The notes below the pieces were generated by a model that ran no database searches, was not told where the DNA came from, and saw only the letters and a program-made list of their open reading frames with translations. DNA of 39,438 nt from Escherichia coli (GTDB lineage: Bacteria > Pseudomonadota > Gammaproteobacteria > Enterobacterales > Enterobacteriaceae), in NCBI RefSeq assembly GCF_003334335.1, contig NZ_QOWQ01000041.1; one strand, 5' to 3'. The position numbers were made by a program, and so were the translations under genes. Of this stretch, positions 1 through 7,945 are shown piece after piece (position 1 is the stretch's first letter; every line of letters begins with the position of its first letter).

Positions 1-468
1 AGTACGGATTTGGGGACGAAAAACACATCGTCGTTTGATTACGGAACCAAATCCACGAATAACACCGGGGCGCATACGCACAGTCTGAGTGGCTCTACGG
101 GGTCTGCCGGTGATCATACTCATGGTAATGGTATTCGTTGGCCAGGAGGCGGCGGTTCTGCGTTAGCATTTTATGATGGCGGTGGGTTCACTTATGTCCA
201 GGATTCACAGTATCAAGTAAGCCCGGGGACTTCTTCCCGTAGATCGTATTATCAACGTATTCAGACACAGTCAGCAGGTGCTCATACCCACTCGCTGTCT
301 GGTACTGCAGCAAGTTCTGGCGCACATGCACATACTGTAGGTATTGGTGCGCATACGCACTCCGTTGCGATTGGTTCACATGGACACACCATCACCGTTA
401 ACGCTGCTGGTAACGCGGAAAACACCGTCAAAAACATCGCATTTAACTATATTGTGAGGCTTGCATAA
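1..468 (+). CDS. stf: Phage side tail fibre protein, C-terminal portion (5' end cut by window edge)
   Basis: Reading frame is open back to nt 1 (no stop before the ATG at 10). Repeated GAHTHSLSG / HxH motifs and the C-terminal ...[24 protein letters not shown] match the lambda Stf-type fibre tip. Directly followed by tfa. Confidence 0.85.
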   Translation, partial: STDLGTKNTSSFDYGTKSTNNTGAHTHSLSGSTGSAGDHTHGNGIRWPGGGGSALAFYDGGGFTYVQDSQYQVSPGTSSRRSYYQRIQTQSAGAHTHSLSGTAASSGAHAHTVGIGAHTHSVAIGSHGHTITVNAAGNAENTVKNIAFNYIVRLA

Positions 469-1052
469 TGGCATTCAGAATGAGTGAACAACCACGGACC
501 ATAAAAATTTATAATCTGCTGGCCGGAACTAATGAATTTATTGGTGAAGGTGACGCATATATTCCGCCTCATACAGGTCTGCCAGCAAACAGTACCGATA
601 TTGCACCACCAGATATTCCTGCTGGCTTTGTGGCTGTTTTCAACAGTGATGAGGCATCGTGGCATCTCGTTGAAGACCATCGGGGTAAAACGGTTTATGA
701 CGTAGCGTCAGGGGACGAGTTATTTATTTCTGAACTCGGTCCGTTACCGGAAAATGTTACCTGGTTATCGCCGGAAGGGGAGTTTCAGAAGTGGAACGGC
801 ACAGCCTGGGTGAAGGATACGGAAGCAGAAAAAATGTTCCGGATCCGGGAGGCGGAAGAAACAAAAAACAACCTGATGCAGGTAGCCAGTGAGCATATTG
901 CGCCGCTTCAGGATGCTGCAGATCTGGAAATTGCAACGGAGGAAGAAACCTCATTGCTGGAAGCCTGGAAAAAGTATCGGGTGTTGCTGAACCGTGTTGA
1001 TACATCAACTGCACCTGATATTGAGTGGCCTACGAACCCTGTCAGGGAGTAA
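468..1052 (+). CDS. tfa: Tail fibre assembly protein (lambda Tfa-like chaperone)
   Basis: 194-aa ORF; [54 protein letters not shown]... is near-identical to lambda Tfa as I recall it. ATG overlaps the stf stop (TAATG), suggesting translational coupling. Confidence 0.9.
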   Translation: MAFRMSEQPRTIKIYNLLAGTNEFIGEGDAYIPPHTGLPANSTDIAPPDIPAGFVAVFNSDEASWHLVEDHRGKTVYDVASGDELFISELGPLPENVTWLSPEGEFQKWNGTAWVKDTEAEKMFRIREAEETKNNLMQVASEHIAPLQDAADLEIATEEETSLLEAWKKYRVLLNRVDTSTAPDIEWPTNPVRE

Positions 1053-1101
1053 TCATTGGGATTATGCCGCAGCACGTCTTAAGCAAGAACGTGCTGCGGT
1101 T
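888..1101 (+). repeat. Direct repeat copy A (tfa 3' end plus downstream hairpin)
   Basis: About 214 bp, roughly 85-90% identical by eye to 1937-2150, same orientation. Confidence 0.8.
1067..1099. terminator. Hairpin between convergent tfa and methyltransferase genes
   Basis: Perfect 11-bp stem ccgcagcacgt / acgtgctgcgg with an 11-nt loop. A T-run follows on the + strand after about 10 nt (tattttttcc), so intrinsic-terminator function is plausible but not classic. Confidence 0.5.
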
Positions 1102-1106
1102 GGATG

Positions 1107-1775
1107 CTATTTTTTCCCTGAAGCGGAAAACATTACTACAGTACCTTGAACCTTGGTTTTAACATTCTCGAAATGCTCTGAGAGTATATGTGTTAAGCCT
1201 TCTTCGGAATCTTTTGTGTTTGAAAAGATGCCTTTCTGATTGTAAATGCGCATCAGTTTTTGACCGAAGCTATTGTGCACAACTCCATCGCCAAGAATTG
1301 TGGCTCCGTATAGAGTTCCATCGTCAGTTAAGGCCTGCGCCGCATTGCGTATTACACAGCTTTTTGTAGATATATTTCCAGGCAGGCAGTGAAGAAGGTA
1401 AAACATGGAAATGGAATCAAATTGACCATGTAACGCCGCGGGATAAGGTTCAAAAACATCATGGCTAATTTTATGTTTAATTTTTGATTCCCCAGCCCTT
1501 GTAGATGCCGCGTTCAGGCTAGCTTCGTTCAAATCCATTAAAGATATCAGACTACTCTCAGGTACGTGAGTAAGGTAAAACCCAGTTCCAACACCAATAT
1601 CCAGATGGTTGTTACCTACATGTTCCAGATAGTGTGGAAGAAGGTGTTCCTTTGTAGGACATCCCCATGCAAGCCGATTTGATACTCCCAAAACCCACCA
1701 GTCATAAAGCTTTAGGGTAAGTGGTGTGTAAATTTTAGCCCCATCATCTGTGTTTTTTTTCATTGATTTCACCAT
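1107..1775 (-). CDS. Class I SAM-dependent methyltransferase-like protein (prophage cargo, substrate unknown)
   Basis: 222-aa ORF with a glycine-rich motif I (LDIGVGTGFY) followed by acidic/hydrophobic motifs (SISMFYLLHCLPG, LTDDGTLYGATILG) typical of the Rossmann-fold MTase superfamily. No DPPY/NPPY or PCQ DNA-MTase motif. Looks AT-richer than the core genes. Start may be the first ATG or the MKKNT ATG. Confidence 0.65.
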   Translation of the reverse strand: MVKSMKKNTDDGAKIYTPLTLKLYDWWVLGVSNRLAWGCPTKEHLLPHYLEHVGNNHLDIGVGTGFYLTHVPESSLISLMDLNEASLNAASTRAGESKIKHKISHDVFEPYPAALHGQFDSISMFYLLHCLPGNISTKSCVIRNAAQALTDDGTLYGATILGDGVVHNSFGQKLMRIYNQKGIFSNTKDSEEGLTHILSEHFENVKTKVQGTVVMFSASGKK

Positions 1776-1936
1776 GTTATAGTTTTATTTGTGAATTAAA
1801 TCAATTATGGCGATGAATTACAAGGGGTTAAATGCTGCCGCAGCATAGCGATATTGAAATAGCCTGGTATGCTTCGATACAGCAGGAGACGAATGGCTGG
1901 AAGACCGTCACCACACAGTTCTACATCCAGGAATTC

Positions 1937-2100
1937 AGTGAGTATATTGCGCCACTGCAGGATGCTGTAGATCTGGAAATCGCAACGGAGGAAGAAAGAT
2001 CGTTGCTGGAGGCATGGAATAAATATCGGGTATTGTTGAATCGTGTTGATACATCAACTGCACCGATATTGAGTGGCCTGCAAATCCTGTCAGGGAGTAA
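1937..2100 (+). pseudogene. Tail fibre assembly gene 3' remnant with frameshift
   Basis: Encodes ...[43 protein letters not shown], homologous to the Tfa C-terminus. A 1-nt deletion (cacctgat to caccgat) shifts the frame before the conserved DIEWP end. No N-terminal tfa sequence upstream. Confidence 0.8.
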
Positions 2101-2150
2101 TCATTGGGATTATGCCGCAGACACGTCGTATGCAGGAACGTGCTGCGGTT
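1937..2150 (+). repeat. Direct repeat copy B (degraded tfa 3' end plus hairpin)
   Basis: Matches 888-1101; hairpin stem retained with mismatches. Confidence 0.8.
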
Positions 2151-2214
2151 AGTTTGTAAGCTTTCGATAGTGGTTGTTATTTTTGCCCTTATTTGTTCCG
2201 GAGGCCATGGTTCA

Positions 2215-2385
2215 ATGGTCCGTCTGCCCCCTGTGGTGATGTCAGCAAAATCAGCCACTGCGCGAACCACAATAGCCCGGGAAGATGCTGAAGATCACCA
2301 GGTAAAGCTGTCAGCGCAGAAACTGGAAGAACTGCTCGCATCAATGGTTAAGGATGAGGTTGATCGCAATGATGGGATTTATTGA
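2215..2385 (+). CDS. Hypothetical small protein (57 aa) in prophage terminal region
   Basis: ATG at 2215 preceded by GGAGG about 10 nt upstream; a T-run lies about 90 nt downstream (2478-2486). No recognisable motif; coding status uncertain. Confidence 0.3.
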   Translation: MVRLPPVVMSAKSATARTTIAREDAEDHQVKLSAQKLEELLASMVKDEVDRNDGIY

Positions 2386-2698
2386 CGTCAGCGAGAGCAG
2401 AAGGAAGAACTGAATAACCTGAATGATTTACGCTCAATCAGAGCGATGATGATTGGCAGTAATTAGCGGTCAATTTCGGTTTTTTTGGCTGTGCGCTCCC
2501 CGCCCAGCATTGCGCGTCAATTAGCCCCCAAAAAAACGAAAAAGTTACAATCAAGTAAAAAATTCCTTCTGCAAAACTAAAAAAGATTTCAATAAAATCA
2601 GACAGTTAAAAACATAAAAAAAGGTACAAAAAAAACATCTCAAAGTCTTGTTTTTTGCTTCAAATACAATTGGTTATTGTGTTTTTTGAAACCTACCA

Positions 2699-2815
2699 GT
2701 GTGGTACATGGATATCGATACCACCGCCAATTATAAGCTGGGCGGTGCACAGCAACACGATAGCGTACGCCTCGATCCGTGGGTGTTTATGTTCTCAGCA
2801 GGATATCGTTTTTAA
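2699..2815 (+). pseudogene. ompW: ompW 3' remnant (last ~38 codons), 5' part displaced by prophage
   Basis: Frame gives VWYMDIDTTANYKLGGAQQHDSVRLDPWVFMFSAGYRF-stop, matching the OmpW C-terminus as I recall it. Upstream sequence in this frame hits a stop and does not resemble ompW. Sits about 60 bp from the convergent yciE end, as in K-12. Confidence 0.85.
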
Positions 2816-2829
2816 TTCCGCACAAAAAC

Positions 2830-2850
2830 GACCCCGTAATATACGGGGTC
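2830..2850. terminator. Intrinsic terminator of the yciGFE operon (shared with ompW remnant)
   Basis: Stem gaccccgt / acggggtc, 5-nt loop; on the - strand it is followed by GTTTTTGTG. Confidence 0.7.
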
Positions 2851-2874
2851 AATAAGGACATGGTATAAAGGGTA

Positions 2875-3381
2875 TTATTTCTTCGCTTCTACGCCATCAG
2901 TTTCAGAGCGAATTAAAAATTTCTCAGTTGTTTGCGGAATATTCTGAATCAGCCAGTCGGCCATTTGCTTTTCCTCATTTAAAATCGCTTCGATGGTTGG
3001 AATTGAAGCTGTATCACCGGCATTTTTTGCTGCTGCTAATAGTGAGGTGTAACAGGCGATTTCAAATTGCTCGAAGACATATCCGCTAATAGAGCCTTTG
3101 ACTATTTCATCAGAAGGGAATATACCACCGATTGACTGCCCAAGCGCAGCCATTTTACTCATGGAATCTTTAATGACTGAACGTGAAATGTCATTACGAT
3201 CAAGAATAGTTTCCAGTTGAACAATCTGGTTTTTGGTTTCACTAAGATGTTGTTCAATACGAGCGCGTAGTTCAGGATAATTATCTATACGGCTGGCCAT
3301 GGATTCAAGCATAGATTCGGCTTGCTTTTCCATTGCGTGGGCGTCACGTAACCAGTCATGATAATGTTCAATACGATTCAT
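2875..3381 (-). CDS. yciE: Ferritin-like DUF892 stress protein YciE
   Basis: 168 aa, MNRIEHYHDWLRDAHAMEKQAE... recognised as E. coli YciE. Confidence 0.93.
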   Translation of the reverse strand: MNRIEHYHDWLRDAHAMEKQAESMLESMASRIDNYPELRARIEQHLSETKNQIVQLETILDRNDISRSVIKDSMSKMAALGQSIGGIFPSDEIVKGSISGYVFEQFEIACYTSLLAAAKNAGDTASIPTIEAILNEEKQMADWLIQNIPQTTEKFLIRSETDGVEAKK

Positions 3382-3426
3382 GAAAATGTCCTCTTTATAA
3401 AATGACTAAAAGTTAAAATTCATATT

Positions 3427-3927
3427 TCAGGCTTTATTTTCGGCTTTCTTATTTACGTTATTAATGGCCAGATCAGTCAGTTTGATGTCGGTGGCCTTTT
3501 CTTCTTCCAGGGTTTCTTTCAGAAGCTTCGCTGCTTTACGGTAACCTAATTGTTCAGCCAGCGTCGCTAATGTCCCGTAACTGGCAATCTCATAATGCTC
3601 GACTTTCTGTGCTGCGGCAATCAGTGCGGCATCACGCACTTCGTTTTTCTCGGTACTTTCGATGACCTCATTAGCTTCTTCAATAAGACCTTCCATTGCC
3701 ACACATTTCATGCGCTTAATTTTCAGGTTCGATTCGGACTCCACAACTTGATCAATACGTTCAATCTGTCCATGAGTTTCCTCGAGGTGCGCATGAAAAG
3801 CCTGACTTAATTTTTCATTTGATGTTGCTCTTGCGAGTTTTGCCAGTGCCCGGGTTAATTGTTTTTCTGCGCTGTAGGTATCTGAAAGCAGGTGAATAAA
3901 TACATCTTCAATGGTCTTCATATTCAT
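3427..3927 (-). CDS. yciF: Ferritin-like stress protein YciF
   Basis: Recognised YciF sequence starting MNMKTIEDVF...; start moved to the ATG with a GGAG Shine-Dalgarno (track ORF extends 16 codons further upstream). Confidence 0.9.
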   Translation of the reverse strand: MNMKTIEDVFIHLLSDTYSAEKQLTRALAKLARATSNEKLSQAFHAHLEETHGQIERIDQVVESESNLKIKRMKCVAMEGLIEEANEVIESTEKNEVRDAALIAAAQKVEHYEIASYGTLATLAEQLGYRKAAKLLKETLEEEKATDIKLTDLAINNVNKKAENKA

Positions 3928-4012
3928 ATTTTTCTCCAGTGAAATCACTGCGAGCCATACGGCCCGCAGATGCAATTATCTTTATCAGCTGATATTAATA
4001 ATTAACGGTGAA

Positions 4013-4192
4013 TCAGGATTTGCCTGATTTATTACCACCGCTTTGTTGACCGCCTTTTTTACCCGCTTCAGATGCGCGTTGCGGATCATTTTTAAAATTA
4101 CCGCCGCTATGCTGACCGCCTTTACGGCCTGCGTCGGATGCCTTCTCACGGTCTTCGGCGAAATTTCCTGAACCACCACGATGTTCGGCCAT
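4013..4192 (-). CDS. yciG: KGG-repeat general stress protein YciG
   Basis: 59 aa, MAEHRGGSGNFAEDREKASDAGRKGG... with repeated KGGQ(H/Q)SGGN motifs; GGGAGA Shine-Dalgarno upstream of the ATG at 4192. Confidence 0.88.
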   Translation of the reverse strand: MAEHRGGSGNFAEDREKASDAGRKGGQHSGGNFKNDPQRASEAGKKGGQQSGGNKSGKS

Positions 4193-4544
4193 GTTATTTC
4201 TCCCGTTGCGTTGCATTGTTTCATTAATATGAGTGTTGTGTGTCGACACTCATTAAAATTAGTCGCTAATGAGAATTAGTCAAATTAAGCGCAACGAGAA
4301 GATAGAGGGAAAATATATTTTGAGGAACATTCTGGATATATTAACAATTACCTGAGGAATAAGTGACTTAGAGAAAATTATTGATTTTACTGGTGTTATG
4401 TTGCGGGATTAATTTGTTTGATTATATTACTGTTGGGCGGAAAAATGACGTAAGTTGACGTTCGACCGGGGTAAGCGAAACGGTAAAAAGATAAATATTA
4501 AATGAATTTAGGATTTTTCCGGCTTCATTAAAGAAAGTTAAAAT

Positions 4545-4565
4545 GCCGCCAGCGGAACTGGCGGC
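4545..4565. terminator. trp operon terminator (trp t)
   Basis: Stem gccgccag / ctggcggc, 5-nt loop; on the - strand followed by ATTTT immediately after the trpA stop. Confidence 0.8.
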
Positions 4566-4572
4566 TGTGGGA

Positions 4573-5379
4573 TTAACTGCGCGTCGCCGCTTTCATCGGT
4601 TGTACAAAAACTTTCAGTGCCGCCAGCATTTTCTCTGGCTCATTAATATGTTGCTCGATGATTTTAACAATGGCCGAACCAGAAATCGCGCCCGCAGCTC
4701 CTGCATCAATCGCTGCTTTTACCTGATCCGGGGCGGAAATACCAAATCCCTGCAATGGAGGTGCAGCGTTGTACTCTTTCAGCTTCGCAACCAGATGATT
4801 GAGGGGTAACGCGGCGCGGTTTTCTGCGCCGGTCACGCCTGCTCGTGACAGCAAATAGGTGTAACCACGACCGTAAGAGGCTATCTGGCGCAGCAGGTCG
4901 TCATCGGCATTTGGCGGGCAGATGAAGATAGGTGCGACATTATGACGCAACGCGGCCTGGCGGAAGGGCGCGGACTCTTCAACTGGCACATCGGCAACCA
5001 GCACCGAATCGACGCCGACTTTTTCGCACTGGGCATAAAACTCATCAATGCCTTTGTTAAACACCAGATTGGCATACATCAACAGGCCAATGGGAATGGT
5101 CGGGTGTTTCTGGCGAATCAGTGCCAGCATTTCAAAACATTGTGCCGGAGTCACACCTGCCGCAAAGGCGCGCAGAGTGGCGTTTTGAATCGTCGGGCCA
5201 TCCGCCAGTGGGTCGGAGAAGGGGATACCTAACTCCAGCGCGTCAGCACCGGCTTCAATTAGCGTATCGATAATTTTCAATGACTGCTCAATGCCCGGAT
5301 CACCGAGCGTGACGAAAGGAACGAATGCGCCTTCTTTGCGCTCCTTCAACTGGGCAAACAGAGATTCGTAGCGTTCCAT
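4573..5379 (-). CDS. trpA: Tryptophan synthase alpha chain
   Basis: 268 aa, [29 protein letters not shown]...; start overlaps the trpB stop. Confidence 0.97.
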
Positions 5380-6572
5380 CAGATTTCCCCTCGTGCTTTC
5401 AAAATATCGTGAACGGTGAAGATGTCTTTATCGCCGCGACCGGAAAGGTTAACCACCAGTAGCTGCTCTTTATCCGGGTTTTCGCGCATCATTTTCAACG
5501 CATGGGCCAGGGCGTGGGAGGATTCCAGCGCCGGGATGATCCCTTCGTGCAGGCACAGCGTTTTGAAGGCTTCAAGGGCTTCATCATCGGTAATAGACAC
5601 GTAATCAGCGCGTCCAGTGCTGTTAAGATACGCGTGTTGTGGGCCGACAGACGGGAAATCCAGTCCGGCGGAGATGGAGTAAGATTCTTCAATCTGCCCG
5701 TCTTCGGTTTGCATCATCGGCGCTTTCATACCGAAATAGATACCCACGCGACCATGTTTTAGCGGTGCGCCGTGCTCGCCAGTTTCGATACCGTGACCAC
5801 CTGGCTCCACACCAATCAGGCCGACGTTGGTTTCATTGATGAAATCAGCAAACATGCCGATGGCATTCGAACCGCCGCCAACACAGGCGATAACGGCATC
5901 CGGCAGGCGACCTTCTCTTTCCAGAATCTGCGCTTTGGTTTCTTCGCCAATCATCCGCTGAAACTCACGCACAATGGTCGGATAAGGATGCGGGCCAGCT
6001 GCGGTGCCCAGCATATAGTGCGCGGTTTCGTAACTACCGGACCAGTCGCGCAGCGCCTCGTTACAGGCATCTTTCAGCGTCGCGGAACCGCTATGCACCG
6101 GGATCACTTCCGCACCCATTAAGCGCATACGAAAAACGTTAGGCGACTGGCGTTCAACGTCTTTGGCACCCATATAAATACGGCATTTCAGGCCGAGCAG
6201 GGCGCTGGCAAGGGCCGACGCCACGCCATGCTGACCGGCACCGGTTTCGGCGATGATTTCGGTTTTACCCATCCGCTTCGCCAGCAACGCCTGCCCCAGC
6301 ACCTGGTTAGTTTTATGCGCGCCGCCGTGCAGCAAATCTTCACGCTTGAGATACAGCGTGGTGTTCGTCCCGGCTGTAATGTTCTGGCATTTGGTCAGCG
6401 CGGTTGGACGCCCGGCATAGTTTTTCAGCAGGTCGTTGAACTGAGCCTGAAATTCAGGATCTTTTTGCGCACTGACAAAAGCTTCTTCCAGCTGGCGCAG
6501 AGCAGGCATCAGGATTTGTGGCACGTACATGCCGCCAAACTCACCAAAATAGGGGTTAAGTAATGTTGTCAT
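5379..6572 (-). CDS. trpB: Tryptophan synthase beta chain
   Basis: 397 aa, [25 protein letters not shown]...; PLP-enzyme motifs. Confidence 0.97.
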
Positions 6573-6583
6573 TGTTCCTTTCC

Positions 6584-7945
6584 TTAATATGCGCGCAGCG
6601 TCTGGAAAACCGAGGCCAAAAGACGTGCGTCTTTGATGCCCGGTTGCGACTCTACAGCAGAATTAAAATCAAGTCCGGCGCAGCCGGTTTGTGCCGCTTC
6701 CACGCAGTTATCTGCGCCTAAGCCCCCCGCCAGCAGAACGTTGCCAAGCGATTGACCATTTAATAGTGACCAGTCAAAACGTTGCCCGCTTCCACCCTGG
6801 CCGTTGTCTAAAACATATTTATCAACGTGCTGAAACTCGCGGGCGGGCAGGGTTTCACCGACGCTTAATGCTTTCCAGATGGCAACATGTGCTGGCAGAG
6901 CTTCACGCAGCGTATCGATATACAGCTGTTCTTCATTACCATGCAGTTGCACTGCCGCCAGCGATAACACCTTAGCTTTGTCCACCACATCGGCAATATC
7001 GTGATTGCGGAACACGCCAACATACTGCAACGGTGCCGCAGCCATCACTTCCTGCGCCTGTTCAACGTTGACGCAACGCGGTGATGTCGCAACAAAAATC
7101 AACCCACCGTAAATCGCGCCCGCGTCATAAGCTGCTTTAGCATCTTGCCCACGCGTCAGGCCACATACTTTATTCTCACCCAGCAACACCCGGCGCACGG
7201 CGGCGTGCAAATCGTCATGGGCCATCAACGCCGAACCAATCAGAAAACCGTTAGCGAAGTGGCTTAACTCGCGCACCTGAGCGTAAGTATTGATGCCGGA
7301 TTCGCTGATTACCGTCACGTTGTGCCCCAGTTTCGGCGCAAGCTCGCGGGTACGGTTGAGATCAATCGACAAATCACGCAGATCGCGGTTGTTGATGCCA
7401 ACGACCTTTGCTCCCAATGCAATGGCGCGCTCCTGTTCCTCTTCATTACTGACTTCGGTCAGCACCCCCATCTCCAGACTGTGAGCGACGGCGGCAAGCT
7501 GGCGATATTGGTCGTCATCCAGTACTGAAAGCATTAATAAGCAGGCATCGGCCTGGTAATAGCGCGCCAGATAGATCTGGTAAGGGTCGATAATGAAGTC
7601 TTTACATAAAATCGGCTGCGGGGCGATTTGGCTGACGATGGGGAGGAAATTAAAGCTCCCCTGAAAATATTTCTCATCAGTCAGCACCGAAATTGCCGAA
7701 GCGTAATGTTTATAAATGGCGGCAATGCGTGCTGGATCGAAATCATCACGGATCACGCCTTTTGACGGCGACGCTTTCTTGCACTCCAGAATAAACGCCG
7801 TGCGCGCACCCTGTAGCGCATCATAAAAATGTCGCGTGCTCGGCTGAACCTCATTCTGAAAACTGGCCAGCGGTTGCTGCTGTTTGCGGGCTTCTACCCA
7901 AATCGCCTTGTCTGCGACGATTTTCGCTAAAACGGTTTGCATCAT
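6584..7945 (-). CDS. trpC: Bifunctional indole-3-glycerol-phosphate synthase / phosphoribosylanthranilate isomerase
   Basis: 453 aa, [22 protein letters not shown]... Confidence 0.96.

Noticed and set aside
1107-1775. Restriction-modification or DNA-methylation defence system
   Set aside because: The methyltransferase lacks DPPY/NPPY and PCQ catalytic motifs and no endonuclease-like ORF is adjacent. It looks like a non-DNA class I SAM MTase.
1-2200. Possible Gin/Cin/Pin-type invertible tail-fibre segment (two tfa copies near a fibre gene)
   Set aside because: The two tfa-derived copies are in direct, not inverted, orientation, and no serine-invertase gene or candidate crossover inverted repeats are present in the window.
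1935-2270. 111-aa ORF on the - strand
   Set aside because: Antisense shadow of the tfa remnant; no Shine-Dalgarno and no recognisable content.
2655-2855. 66-aa ORF from the six-frame track
   Set aside because: It overlaps the ompW 3' remnant in a different frame and runs through the yciGFE terminator hairpin; a frame artefact.
3928-3975. N-terminal extensions proposed by the ORF track (yciF here; likewise yciG, yciO, topA, ribA, pyrF, yciZ, yciW)
   Set aside because: The extended starts lack Shine-Dalgarno sequences and the recognised protein N-termini begin at downstream ATGs that have them.
5416-6563. Multiple 60-116-aa ORFs inside and antisense to trpB (for example 5502..5762, 5772..6122, 6228..6563)
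   Set aside because: Embedded in a highly conserved gene in alternative frames; typical GC-rich shadow ORFs.
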